Source: Chloroflexota bacterium (lineage in GTDB: Bacteria > Chloroflexota > Dehalococcoidia > Dehalococcoidales > UBA2162). From it: 64,000 nucleotides of DNA. The notes below the pieces were generated by a model. It had not been told where the DNA came from and made no database searches. It saw nothing but the letters and a program-made list of their open reading frames with translations. The stretch lies in NCBI GenBank assembly GCA_043804635.1, contig JAZDIU010000089.1, forward strand, positions 8,909 through 72,908, in the 5' to 3' direction. Positions 10,611 to 20,274 of this stretch are shown one piece after another; position 1 is the first letter of the stretch; each line of letters starts with the position of its first letter. Both the position numbers and the translations under genes were made by a program.

Positions 10611-11436
10611 GCTTTAGCGGTTCGTTCATGCTGCCCATTCTGTAGCCTTGAAGGTCGAGTGTCACATAGGTATATCCAAGCTCTTTGAATTTGTCCACGA
10701 TTTTCTGCGATACGTCTTTATCGAGGAATATTTTCATATCATCCTTGGGGACTTCGATTCGGGCAATATCGCCGTGGACACGGACTCTCAATTGCTTCAG
10801 ACCGAACTTAGCCAGAAATTCTTCGGCAAGTCCGACTTTTGAAAGGTTTTCCCTGGTGATGGCGGCTCCGTAAGGAAATCGCGTCGATAAACAGGGCTGG
10901 GGCGGTTTATCCCACGTCGGCAGGCCCATCCTTTTCGATAATGTTCTGATTTCCTCTTTGGTGAGTCCTGCCTCTTTTAAGGGGCTCCGCACCCCGAACT
11001 GCGAAGCGGCTTTCATCCCTGGTCGAAAGTCTTTCAAATCATCGTAGTTCGAACCGTCGACTATGTAGTTCAATTTATATTGTTTGGCTAGCTCGGTCAG
11101 TTTGGTAAACAGTTCCGTCTTGCAGTAGTAGCATCTCTCCGGAGGATTGGCGGCAAAGCTGGAGTTGTCTAGCTCATTGGTATGGATAACGATTTGTTTC
11201 ACGCCTACTTTGACAGCTATTTTTTTGGCTTCTTCAAGCTCACCCGGTGGATATGTTTCTGAGCTTGCCGTGACCGCGACTACCTTGTCTCCTAACACAC
11301 CCGAAGCGACCTTAAGTAAAAATGTACTGTCCACTCCGCCGGAATAGGCAACAAGTATACTGCCCATCTCCGACAGGATGTTTTTCAGGGATGCTAACTT
11401 TTCGGAAAGTCCGGGCTCAACAACTGACTTTTTCAA
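10603..11436 (-). CDS. larE: LarE-family ATP-dependent sulfur transferase
   Basis: PP-loop AYSGGVDS, RCYYCK, DFRPG, PCLSTRFPYG, LRVRVH. Confidence 0.9.
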   Translation of the reverse strand: MKKSVVEPGLSEKLASLKNILSEMGSILVAYSGGVDSTFLLKVASGVLGDKVVAVTASSETYPPGELEEAKKIAVKVGVKQIVIHTNELDNSSFAANPPERCYYCKTELFTKLTELAKQYKLNYIVDGSNYDDLKDFRPGMKAASQFGVRSPLKEAGLTKEEIRTLSKRMGLPTWDKPPQPCLSTRFPYGAAITRENLSKVGLAEEFLAKFGLKQLRVRVHGDIARIEVPKDDMKIFLDKDVSQKIVDKFKELGYTYVTLDLQGYRMGSMNEPLKQI

Positions 11437-11488
11437 TTAAGTGCTCCTGATTAATAAATATGTCCTTCCTGTTGAAGGATTTACCCCC

Positions 11489-11528
11489 AGATTGCGCCGC
11501 CCCGATTCTATCGGGGTCTCGCAATGAC
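11489..11528. repeat. REP-like GATTGC...CTCGCAATGAC element with nested CCCCGAT-N3-ATCGGGG palindrome
   Basis: Related copy at 17547-17603. Confidence 0.75.
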
Positions 11529-11529
11529 A

Positions 11530-12600
11530 CTACGCGGGCTTATTCTTTTCCAAGGCGCCGTAGAAAGCTTTCCAGAAGGGGTCGACGATGGGGTGTTCAA
11601 GTTTTCTTTCACGGCCTTTTTCAATCAGGACCATACCTTTTTCAGGTCCCGTTAATTCGCCGACAATAGAGGATTTGATATTCTTTTTAGCCAGGGCTTG
11701 CACCACTGCCTGGGCTTTGTTGGGGCGGCAGGTAATGATTAACGTCCCCTCGCTTATGGAAGCATAAGGGTCGATGCCGAAATAAGAGCATATCTCGCTG
11801 ATGCAGTCAGCCATCACGATCTTTTCTTTTTCTATTCTTACTCCTAGACCACCGGCCTGAGCCACTTCGTACAGTCCTCCCCAAACCCCGCATTCGGTGG
11901 CATCGTGCATCGCCGTCACTCCTTTTTCACGCACACCAAGGCTTACAGCGGTCATCGCATCTTCGACTACCGACATCTGATAAAAAACCTGCTCGGCTTT
12001 CTTGCTGAACTCCTTGCCGAATTTTTTCTCGATTAGCTTGGGAAACATCGTGGCGAAGATACCGGTCGCTTCGATTGCCGGTCCCTTGGTGATGATGATT
12101 TTGTCGCCGGCTTTGGCGAATTTCGGGTTTACGTATTCATTCAACTCCCCGATGCCGATTACCGTGGCTCCGCCCACCATCGGGTAATGACAATTTTCGT
12201 ATCTGGCGGTATGTCCGGTGATAATGTTTATGCCCAGCTTCAGGCACTCTTTGTGCATCACGTCCCACATTGTCTCTAGCTGTTTCTTGGTCATTTCCAT
12301 CGGGAGGTTCAAGTCTATTGTCAGGAAAGCCGGTTTCAAACCGCAAGTTACCGAATCGGAAGCCAGGATGTGGATGGCAAACCAGGCGGCTCGCTCCCAG
12401 CCATATTCAGGAACGATAAATACGGGGTCGGTAGTGAAGGAGACCGCTTTACCCCCGATTTCAGCGATACCCACGTCGACTCCATGCTGAGGTCCCACCA
12501 GCACTTTATCGCTCTTTGCTCCCAGGCGGGGAAATATCAATTCGCTAAATATCTGGGGAGAAATTTTGCCGATTTCGGGCATTTCAGCTGTTGCCATCAC
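11530..12600 (-). CDS. AIR synthase (PurM/HypE-like) family protein
   Basis: GKI, GVDVG, TTDP, TGHT, MHDATECG, SEGTL motifs. Confidence 0.85.
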   Translation of the reverse strand: MMATAEMPEIGKISPQIFSELIFPRLGAKSDKVLVGPQHGVDVGIAEIGGKAVSFTTDPVFIVPEYGWERAAWFAIHILASDSVTCGLKPAFLTIDLNLPMEMTKKQLETMWDVMHKECLKLGINIITGHTARYENCHYPMVGGATVIGIGELNEYVNPKFAKAGDKIIITKGPAIEATGIFATMFPKLIEKKFGKEFSKKAEQVFYQMSVVEDAMTAVSLGVREKGVTAMHDATECGVWGGLYEVAQAGGLGVRIEKEKIVMADCISEICSYFGIDPYASISEGTLIITCRPNKAQAVVQALAKKNIKSSIVGELTGPEKGMVLIEKGRERKLEHPIVDPFWKAFYGALEKNKPA

Positions 12601-12651
12601 TTCCTCCTGATTCCTGAGTATGTCACTTAATAGGTGCCAAGGAAAGCGGCT

Positions 12652-13821
12652 TTACTTCTTCTGACTTTTCAGCAATGGTGACATCGCTCTGAGCCGGCCG
12701 ACAATCTTGGGCAGAACTTCCAAGGTCCGGTCTATATCTTCCGGTACAGTCTGGATTCCCAGGCTGAACCTAAGCGAACTGTGAGCTTCTTCGTGGCATA
12801 AGCCCATTGCCAGCAGGACGTGAGAGGGTTCAAGGCTGGCTGAACTGCAAGCCGAGCCTGTGGAAGCACAAATTCCCTCAAGGTCGAGGTTAAGGATTAT
12901 CGACTCGCCTTCTACATAGGCGATACTCACGTTTACGTTATTGGGTAATCTATTCGTGGGATGTCCGTTTAGCTGGGAATGGTCGATACGTTCCAGTATA
13001 CCCTTGATAAGCTGTTGGCGCAGGCCGGTCAGGCGTTCGGCTTCCTGTTTGATTTCCTTCACGGCGAGCTCGGCGGCTTTGCCGAAACCGACAATGCCCG
13101 GGACGTTCTCTGTGCCTGCCCGCCGTCCCTTTTCCTGCTCGCCCCCGTGTATAAAGGGAGCGATTTTAGTCCCCTTCTTGATATAAATTGCGCCGCATCC
13201 CTTGGGACCATAAAGCTTGTGGGATGACATCGACAATAAGTCCACACCGAGCTCTTTGACGTTTACCGGGATGTGCCCGACCGTCTGGACGGCATCGGTA
13301 TGGAAATAGACGCCGGCTTCCCGGGCAATCTCGCCTATCTCACTTATCGGTTCTATAGTGCCGACTTCATTATTGGCGTGCATTACCGAGATAATGACGG
13401 TTTTATTGGTAATTGCCTTCTTGACTTCGGCCGGGTCTACCATGCAGTTTCTATCCGCCGTCAGGTAGGTAACTGTAGAACCTCTTTTAGCTAAAAATTT
13501 ACAGGTCTCTATCACCGCATGATGTTCTACGGGACTGGTGATGATATGATTTCCCTTACCTTCGTTAGCATAAACTACGCCTTTTATAGCATAGTTATCG
13601 GCTTCGGTACCTCCACCGGTAAAGAAAATTTCTTCTTCGCTGGCACCGATTAGATTAGCTATTTGTTTCCTGGCTTTCTCAACCGCCGCTTTGGCTTCCT
13701 GACCGTAAGAATAAATGCTGGAAGGATTACCGAAGCCCTCGGTAAAATATGGCAGCATTGCCTCTACTACTTCCGGACGGACCGGCGTCGTGGCAGCATA
13801 GTCGAGATATACCCGTTTCAT
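12652..13821 (-). CDS. iscS: Cysteine desulfurase (IscS/NifS)
   Basis: YLDYAATTP, HTDAVQ, SSHKLYGPKG, STGSACSS. Confidence 0.95.
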   Translation of the reverse strand: MKRVYLDYAATTPVRPEVVEAMLPYFTEGFGNPSSIYSYGQEAKAAVEKARKQIANLIGASEEEIFFTGGGTEADNYAIKGVVYANEGKGNHIITSPVEHHAVIETCKFLAKRGSTVTYLTADRNCMVDPAEVKKAITNKTVIISVMHANNEVGTIEPISEIGEIAREAGVYFHTDAVQTVGHIPVNVKELGVDLLSMSSHKLYGPKGCGAIYIKKGTKIAPFIHGGEQEKGRRAGTENVPGIVGFGKAAELAVKEIKQEAERLTGLRQQLIKGILERIDHSQLNGHPTNRLPNNVNVSIAYVEGESIILNLDLEGICASTGSACSSASLEPSHVLLAMGLCHEEAHSSLRFSLGIQTVPEDIDRTLEVLPKIVGRLRAMSPLLKSQKK

Positions 13822-13870
13822 CTAGCTAATTCCTTTCTAATCTGGCAGTTGTCTTTAACCAAATTATATA

Positions 13871-14866
13871 TTATATAGTCTGGACCGGGGGCGCAACTTC
13901 CTGGAAAAGCCACGTCGAGAGGTAGCGTTCTCCGGTATCCGGTAAAATAACTACGATAAGTTTCCCCTCGTTCTCCTGCCTTTTAGCTACTTCTAATGCT
14001 GCCCAGGTAGCGGCTCCCGAGGATATACCGGCGAGGATACCTTCTTCTTTAGCTAATCTTCTTGCCATTGTACCGGCGTCTTCATTAGCCACTTTTATAA
14101 TCTCATCGACTAGTTCTTTCTTCAAGACATCAGGGACAAAACCAGCACCGATTCCCTGAATCTTATGTGGGCCCGGCTTTCCTCCGGAAAGCACAGGAGA
14201 AGCGGCCGGCTCGACGGCTACAGCTTTGAACCCCGGTTTTCTATTTTTTAATGCTTCGGCGACACCGGTAATCGTACCGCCGGTGCCGACACCGGCGACC
14301 ACTATGTCTACTTTGCCATCGGTATCCCGCCAGATTTCTTCGGCGGTGGTCAGGCGGTGAATCTCCGGGTTCGCCGGATTTTTGAACTGCTGTGGCATAA
14401 ATGAATTGGGATTTTCTGCCACCAGTTGCTCGGCTTTCTTAATGGCTCCGGTCATTCCTTCGGCACCGGGAGTTAATACAAGCTGGGCACCGAGGACGGA
14501 GAGTAGCTGGCGGCGCTCCATAGACATAGTATCCGGCATTGTTAAAATTAGCTTATAGCCGCGTGCGGCGCAAACAAAGGCCAGAGCAATGCCGGTATTG
14601 CCGCTGGTCGGCTCGATAATCGTAGTTTTGTCTTTGATGAGTCCTTTCTCTTCGGCATCCGCAATCATCGCCACGCCAATCCGGTCCTTAACGCTGCTTA
14701 ATGGGTTGAAGGACTCCAGTTTAGCTACTACCTGTGCTTTGGTTCCTTTTGTTACCCGGTTGAGTCTAACCAGCGGCGTATTGCCGATTAGCTCAGTAGA
14801 GTCCCCGGCAATGCCCCTGGTCAGCTTGGGTATTTCTAGCGATTTGTAACGAATTTTTTCTACCAT
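13871..14866 (-). CDS. cysK: Cysteine synthase A
   Basis: [36 protein letters not shown]. Confidence 0.96.
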   Translation of the reverse strand: MVEKIRYKSLEIPKLTRGIAGDSTELIGNTPLVRLNRVTKGTKAQVVAKLESFNPLSSVKDRIGVAMIADAEEKGLIKDKTTIIEPTSGNTGIALAFVCAARGYKLILTMPDTMSMERRQLLSVLGAQLVLTPGAEGMTGAIKKAEQLVAENPNSFMPQQFKNPANPEIHRLTTAEEIWRDTDGKVDIVVAGVGTGGTITGVAEALKNRKPGFKAVAVEPAASPVLSGGKPGPHKIQGIGAGFVPDVLKKELVDEIIKVANEDAGTMARRLAKEEGILAGISSGAATWAALEVAKRQENEGKLIVVILPDTGERYLSTWLFQEVAPPVQTI

Positions 14867-14878
14867 TTTTAATTTCTC

Positions 14879-15322
14879 CTATATATAATACATCATTTCG
14901 GCTGGTTGAGATTTCTTTTCCTGTCGCTCGATGAGGTCACGTAGAGTCATCGACTCTAAGACCTTGTCTGTAGCTTCTTTCATTTCGCTCCAGAGCTCGC
15001 GGGTAACGCAATCTCTGGAGCGTGAACAGACGCCAGGATTATCAATACATTCCGTTGGAGATGTCGAACCTTCAAGGAGTCGGATTACAGTGCTGAGGTT
15101 TACTTCTTCGGGCCGCCGTGCAAGCCATACGCCGCCTTTTGGTCCTCGGGTGCTTCTTAATATTCCCGTCGTAATCAGTGGAGTGATAATTCTTTCTAGA
15201 TAAAGTAAGGAAATCGCCTGTCTCTGGGCGACGTCCTTTAAGAGGACAGGTTTTTCATCGGCTTGAAGGGCAATATCAAGGAGTGCCCTGGTGCCATATC
15301 TTGCTCTCGTCGAAAGTTTCAT
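14879..15322 (-). CDS. Rrf2-family regulator with three Cys (IscR/CymR-like)
   Basis: MKLSTRARYG, STRGPKGG, C-x6-C-x5-C. Confidence 0.9.
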   Translation of the reverse strand: MKLSTRARYGTRALLDIALQADEKPVLLKDVAQRQAISLLYLERIITPLITTGILRSTRGPKGGVWLARRPEEVNLSTVIRLLEGSTSPTECIDNPGVCSRSRDCVTRELWSEMKEATDKVLESMTLRDLIERQEKKSQPAEMMYYI

Positions 15323-15336
15323 TCCGCCTCATTTAT

Positions 15337-15389
15337 TACTATTTCAGTAGACAAAGTATAGAATACCACGGGACAAAATATTTCGTCAA
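15337..15389 (-). promoter_or_regulatory. Putative rrf2 operon promoter and TACT-N5-AGTA operator
   Basis: TTGACG (15389-15384), 18 bp, extended TATTCT (15365-15360); inverted repeat 15337-15349 resembles the IscR-type core. Confidence 0.4.
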
Positions 15390-15433
15390 GAGCTGCGATG
15401 CTGAAGGCTGATAACTGAAAACTGATAACTCGT

Positions 15434-16834
15434 TTATAATAAGCTCTTCACCATGTAGTCGCCCTGGCTGGTATAGCTGAACTGGGTGCGGTAATATTCT
15501 CTGGCACCGACGCCGCTCAGAATTACCATTTGTTTGGCGTGGAATTCTTCCCGGGCGATTCTCTCAGCTTCGACTAATAGCGCTCTACCCAGCCCTTTAT
15601 GCTGGGCGGCGGTCTCATTCTGCTCCTGTAAAGGGACTTCGGGACCGTATATATGCAGCTCTCTAATCAGGGCTGTTTTATTCTTTTGTTTGAGAGTGGC
15701 CGGGGGTTCTTCGACGCTGCTCAGGACATGTCTGTCTTGAATCCTCATTCTCAGCAGGCCGAATAGAGTTTCGTTTTTATCTTCGAACGATAGGAAAATT
15801 TCTCTGCCCGCCGACGCTTCGTAGTCCGTTCGGACTATTTTCGGTTCACCAACCGTCCAGCCGGTCCGCATCCGGTGTCCGTATTCACGGCAGCGGATAC
15901 AGTTACATTCCACCTCGAGTTCTTTCATCCGCTCTCTAACTTCGTTACGCAGTGAGTCTTTGACACCAGCCACGATAAACTTCGCCGGAATATCCCGCAG
16001 AACCCGGGAAATTCTGACATATTTGGGAACGATAGACTTAATATTGGTTAACAGATCCATCATAGTTTCATTATCGTAAGGCTGATAACGTCCTGCCCGA
16101 TACCACCTTTCCAATTCAGTGTCCTGCACAACCATCGTCGGGTAGAGCTTTAAACCATCGGGTCGGAAACGGCTATCGGAGAACAGGTTTTCCGATAGTT
16201 CCAGGTCTTTCATCGGCGTTAAGCCGGGTAATCCGGGCATCCAATGATAATGGACTTTGAAGCCATTCTCTTTGAGTAAGGCGGTAGCTTTAACCACATC
16301 TTCTACAGTATGTTTTCGATTCACCAGCCGGTAGATTTCGTCGTCCAGAGTCTGGATACCCAACTCCACGCGGGTCGTGCCGAAATCAAGCATCCTGGTG
16401 ATGTGTTCCGGCTGGCAGAAGTCGGGCCTGGTCTCGATGCATAGTCCGACGCAGCGTTGGTCGGCCGTTTCATTAATTTGTTTTGCCTGCTCCAGGGAGG
16501 TCGATTCAATACTATTGAGTGCGTCATAGCAGTCTTGGATAAACCGGTATTGATATTCTTCCGGTTGAGCCAGAAATGTCCCCCCCATTATTATCAGCTC
16601 GATTTTATCTGTGGGGTGCCCCATCTCCTGCAAGGTTTTTAGTCTGAGTTCCACCTGTTTGCAGGCGTCGTAGCCGCATTTTATGGCGCGCAATACTGCC
16701 GGAGATTCGGGAGTATAGCTTTGCGGCGTATCTGAATAAGTGGGACAATAGATACATTGTCCGGGACACTTTGCCGGCTGGGTCATCACGGCGATGGGGG
16801 TGACACCGGATATTGTCCTGGTAACCTTTCTCAT
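15434..16834 (-). CDS. elp3: tRNA U34 carboxymethyltransferase Elp3 (radical SAM + KAT)
   Basis: CPGQCIYCP, MGGTF, IETRPD, LKLYPT, RVLRDIP, CIRCRE, RELHIYG, QHKGLG. Confidence 0.95.
   Translation of the reverse strand: MRKVTRTISGVTPIAVMTQPAKCPGQCIYCPTYSDTPQSYTPESPAVLRAIKCGYDACKQVELRLKTLQEMGHPTDKIELIIMGGTFLAQPEEYQYRFIQDCYDALNSIESTSLEQAKQINETADQRCVGLCIETRPDFCQPEHITRMLDFGTTRVELGIQTLDDEIYRLVNRKHTVEDVVKATALLKENGFKVHYHWMPGLPGLTPMKDLELSENLFSDSRFRPDGLKLYPTMVVQDTELERWYRAGRYQPYDNETMMDLLTNIKSIVPKYVRISRVLRDIPAKFIVAGVKDSLRNEVRERMKELEVECNCIRCREYGHRMRTGWTVGEPKIVRTDYEASAGREIFLSFEDKNETLFGLLRMRIQDRHVLSSVEEPPATLKQKNKTALIRELHIYGPEVPLQEQNETAAQHKGLGRALLVEAERIAREEFHAKQMVILSGVGAREYYRTQFSYTSQGDYMVKSLL
15707..15730 (-). 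repeat. 24-bp hairpin element A in frame in elp3 (HVLSSVEE)
   Basis: catgtcctgagcagcgtcgaagaa on the minus strand. Confidence 0.8.
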
Positions 16835-16857
16835 TGTATAAATAGTCTAGCAGATTT

Positions 16858-17517
16858 ATGGCAGTAAACGATAATTTGAAGGACATCTTCAACCAAATAG
16901 CACCAGGCTGGTACGGCTTCAGACACCGGACCATCTTCCGCAAGGAATTGGAAGAGATGGCGCGACGGTGGCAGAAAGGAAGGCTGATTAATATCGGCTG
17001 CGCCCACGGGCCTGACTTTGTGCCTTTCAAAGAAACTTTCGACCTTTACGGTATCGATTTTTCCAGCGAAATGCTGAAGCTTGCCCAAAAATATTCTCAA
17101 AAATTTAGCTTCACCGCTAAGTTAATTCTGGGTGATATTACCCGGTTGCCTTTTGCCGATGAAGCCTTCGACTGGGCAACATCGGTGGCTACCTATCATC
17201 ACATAAAAGGTGAGAGAGAAAGAGAGTTAGCTTTTAATGAACTTTGGCGGGTATTAAAGCCAGGCGGAGAAGCCTTTATCACCGTCTGGAATCGCTGGCA
17301 GCCGAGGTTCTGGTTCAATGGTAAGAAAGTCGCCGTTCCCTGGCGAACAAAGGATAAAGTCCTGAAGCGTTACTATTATCTTTTCTCTTATGGTGAATTG
17401 GAAAAGCTAGCCAGACGGGCTGGATTTAAAGTGCTCAAGTCTTTTCCTGAAAGCTCATATCGGCTGCCGGTTAAACTTTTTTCCAGGAATATATGTTTGC
17501 TGGTGAAGAAGGGTTAG
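16858..17517 (+). CDS. Class I SAM methyltransferase, Trm9/ALKBH8-like
   Basis: FNQIA, IGCAHG, SVATYHH, LKPGG..FITVW, VPW, RYYYLF..GEL. Confidence 0.8.
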   Translation: MAVNDNLKDIFNQIAPGWYGFRHRTIFRKELEEMARRWQKGRLINIGCAHGPDFVPFKETFDLYGIDFSSEMLKLAQKYSQKFSFTAKLILGDITRLPFADEAFDWATSVATYHHIKGERERELAFNELWRVLKPGGEAFITVWNRWQPRFWFNGKKVAVPWRTKDKVLKRYYYLFSYGELEKLARRAGFKVLKSFPESSYRLPVKLFSRNICLLVKKG

Positions 17518-17546
17518 CAGGGATTCTGATAGTTTCATTGTGGTAC

Positions 17547-17603
17547 GAGATTGCTTCGCCTCCCGATTCGGCTTTAGCCTCATCGGGATGGTCTCGCAAT
17601 GAC
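17547..17603. repeat. REP-like GAGATTGCTTCG...CTCGCAATGAC element with two nested palindromes
   Basis: TCCCGAT...ATCGGGA enclosing GGCT-TT-AGCC; related to 11489-11528. Confidence 0.75.
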
Positions 17604-17627
17604 AACATCTGTTAAAATAGAACTAGT

Positions 17628-18866
17628 GTGATTTCCTTAATAATTCTAGCTATCGTCTTTATCCTGATTGCGGTAAGACAATTAGGTAATATACGCCTCC
17701 AGATATGGCAAATAATGCTCCTGGGTGCTCTGGCGGTGTTGGTTGCCGGAGAAATCTCGCCATTAGATGCATTGAAAGCCATCAATCCCGACGTAATGTT
17801 TTTCCTGTTCGGTGTTTTCGTAGTCGGGCGGGCGCTGGAAGAAAGCGGCTACCTATCCCGTTTGTCTTACTTACTTTTCAGAAGAGCTCGGTCGGTCAAT
17901 AGCCTGATATTTTTCATTCTACTGACGATGGGTATGTTATCGGCTTTCCTGATGAATGACACCCTGGCAATTATCGGCACGCCTCTGATGCTGTCACTTG
18001 CCAGTAAAAATAACCTGCCGCCTAAAATGCTGTTATTCTCCCTAGCGTTTGCCGTAACCACCGGCAGCGTGATGAGTCCTATCGGCAACCCGCAGAACCT
18101 GCTGATTGCTATCAATGGTAACGTGGTCAATCCGTTTGTCACCTTTTTCAAGTTTTTGTTGATACCGACTCTGATTAATCTGGTCGTAACCTACTTTATA
18201 CTGAGGGTTTTCTTCCGTGGGCATTTCCACCTTGAGCCTTTGAACCACGAAGCCGAGTTGATAAAAGACAGTAAGCTGGCTACACTTTCAAAAGTATCTT
18301 TAATCTTTCTAGTGACTCTTATCGTAGTGAAGATAGCGATGGTATTTCTCGGTTTAGGCATCGATTTCAGGCTGACTTATATTGCCCTGGCATCGTCTCT
18401 TCCGATTATTCTGTTTAGCCCTAAAAGGTTCCGGGTAATCAAAGGCATCGATTGGTGCACGCTGGTCTTCTTTGCGGCGATGTTCGTGCTTATGGAGAGT
18501 GTCTGGCTGTCCGGTTTCTTCCAATCAATTACAAATAGTCTGCATCTGGATTTAACTTCGGTCCCGGTGCTCCTATCGATTAGTGCGCTGATTAGTCAAT
18601 TTATCTCCAATGTGCCGCTGGTAGCCCTGTATTTGCCGGTATTGAGTCACTTGGGAGTATCTACAAAGCAGATGATGGCATTAGCCGCTGGTAGCACCAT
18701 TGCCGGGAATCTTTCCATACTCGGTGCCGCCAGTAACGTGATAATAATACAGAATGCCGAAAAGACAGCCGGGGAAACTATCACCTTCTTCGAGTTTATT
18801 AAAATAGGCGTGCCATTGACGGCGGTGAATCTGTTGGTTTACTGGGTATATTTGTCTCTATTTTAA
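17628..18866 (+). CDS. ArsB/NhaD-superfamily anion permease
   Basis: Multi-TM; SAFLMND, SPIGNPQN, ISNVP, AGNLSILGAASN. Confidence 0.88.
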   Translation: MISLIILAIVFILIAVRQLGNIRLQIWQIMLLGALAVLVAGEISPLDALKAINPDVMFFLFGVFVVGRALEESGYLSRLSYLLFRRARSVNSLIFFILLTMGMLSAFLMNDTLAIIGTPLMLSLASKNNLPPKMLLFSLAFAVTTGSVMSPIGNPQNLLIAINGNVVNPFVTFFKFLLIPTLINLVVTYFILRVFFRGHFHLEPLNHEAELIKDSKLATLSKVSLIFLVTLIVVKIAMVFLGLGIDFRLTYIALASSLPIILFSPKRFRVIKGIDWCTLVFFAAMFVLMESVWLSGFFQSITNSLHLDLTSVPVLLSISALISQFISNVPLVALYLPVLSHLGVSTKQMMALAAGSTIAGNLSILGAASNVIIIQNAEKTAGETITFFEFIKIGVPLTAVNLLVYWVYLSLF

Positions 18867-19451
18867 GAGCCTCTCCCACTGCTCTTTTACCTTGGCTTTA
18901 AGCTCATCCAGGGTGCCGTCATTATTGATGACAACATCGGCGTATTTTAATCGTTCTTTTTGAGATAACTGGGAGCGGATGCGTGCCAGGGTTTGTTCAT
19001 CAGCCTGGCCGCGTTGCTTTTTAACCCGTTCGATTACCCTGGCTTCAGGCGCTACTGCGACCCAGACTTCGTCGGCTATGGATGTCCAGTTGGCTTCAAT
19101 CAAAATGGCGGCTTCGACCACCGCCACTTTCACTCCCTGACGTCGGTATTCTTCAATCTGGGCTTTAATCATTTCGAACATCCGGGGGTGCATAATCCGG
19201 TTTAACCTTGATAAAGCTTTGGGGTCTTTGAATACTATTTCCGCCAGCTTCTTGCGGTCGATTTCCCCGCTCTGATTGAGAATCCTTTTGCCGAAAGCGG
19301 CCACCGTTTCACGCCAGCCTTCGGTATCAGGCTTATAGGCTTCGTGACCGACTTTATCCGCATCGATAATTACAGCGCCCAGTTCTTTGAGAAACTGGGC
19401 TACCGTGCTTTTACCGCTGCCGATACCGCCGGTTAGTCCGATTACCTTCAT
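18858..19451 (-). CDS. coaE: Dephospho-CoA kinase
   Basis: GLTGGIGSGKST, IDAD, DRKKL, HP, ADVVINN. Confidence 0.96.
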   Translation of the reverse strand: MKVIGLTGGIGSGKSTVAQFLKELGAVIIDADKVGHEAYKPDTEGWRETVAAFGKRILNQSGEIDRKKLAEIVFKDPKALSRLNRIMHPRMFEMIKAQIEEYRRQGVKVAVVEAAILIEANWTSIADEVWVAVAPEARVIERVKKQRGQADEQTLARIRSQLSQKERLKYADVVINNDGTLDELKAKVKEQWERLLK

Positions 19452-19463
19452 GTTAGAACCTCT

Positions 19464-19526
19464 GATTTACGATTTACGATTTGTGATTGATGAATTCGTA
19501 AATCTTATTTCTTAAATCTTAAATCT
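19464..19526. repeat. Heptamer-based imperfect inverted repeat, copy 2
   Basis: gatttac gatttac gatttgt ... tcgtaaatcttatttcttaaatcttaaatct. Confidence 0.8.
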
Positions 19527-19530
19527 TCTC

Positions 19531-20241
19531 TTAGACTTCTCTAGCAAGGACCAATCCCCAGACCGATTTGGCTCCTGCGGCTTTCAAAGCTGAGGCACAG
19601 GCATCTAGGGTGGCACCGGAGGTAGAAACATCATCGATAAGTATTACTTGCTTACTTTTCAGTTTGTCATTACGACAAGTAAAAGCGTTAGCGATGTTAC
19701 TTCGTCTCTCATCTACGGTTAATGTCTTGGCTTGGGGAGAAGTGTGCCGCTCACGAATGAGACAATTATCCGCTACCGGCAGGCCCGTGAGCTTACCAAG
19801 TTGTTTTACCAGCAAACCGGACTGATTATAGCCGCGCTCCTTGAGTCGGCGGGAGTGCAGTGGTACCGGCACTAGCACCTCTCCAGGGACGGGTTTAGTA
19901 TTCAGGTAATCCTGCAAGAGCCGGGCTAAAACTGGGGCTAAAGTCCTGATGTTCTGATATTTAAGCTGATGAACGGCTTCGCTCATTATGCCCTCGAAAC
20001 GGAATGGTGAGCGGATACCATCTATCGCCGTCTGCCCGCCGATGCAATCCGGGCATAGCACGCCGCTGGCTTGAGGCAAGCCGCAGAGGGGACAAATGGG
20101 GGGCATCAGGCGGGGCAACAAACGCAGACAGGACTGGCAAAGCAGACTGCCTTCTTTTCCACAACCAACGCATCGTTGCGGGAACAATAAATTAAGCGAA
20201 ATTTCCCCCAACCTGGCTAGTTGTGGAAGCACACTCGCCAT
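19531..20241 (-). CDS. comF: ComF family protein
   Basis: Double zinc ribbon, PVPLH..R..ERGYNQ, LIDDVSTSGAT. Confidence 0.92.
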   Translation of the reverse strand: MASVLPQLARLGEISLNLLFPQRCVGCGKEGSLLCQSCLRLLPRLMPPICPLCGLPQASGVLCPDCIGGQTAIDGIRSPFRFEGIMSEAVHQLKYQNIRTLAPVLARLLQDYLNTKPVPGEVLVPVPLHSRRLKERGYNQSGLLVKQLGKLTGLPVADNCLIRERHTSPQAKTLTVDERRSNIANAFTCRNDKLKSKQVILIDDVSTSGATLDACASALKAAGAKSVWGLVLAREV

Positions 20242-20274
20242 TTGTTTCTGAAACTTCGAGACTGACTATAGAAA

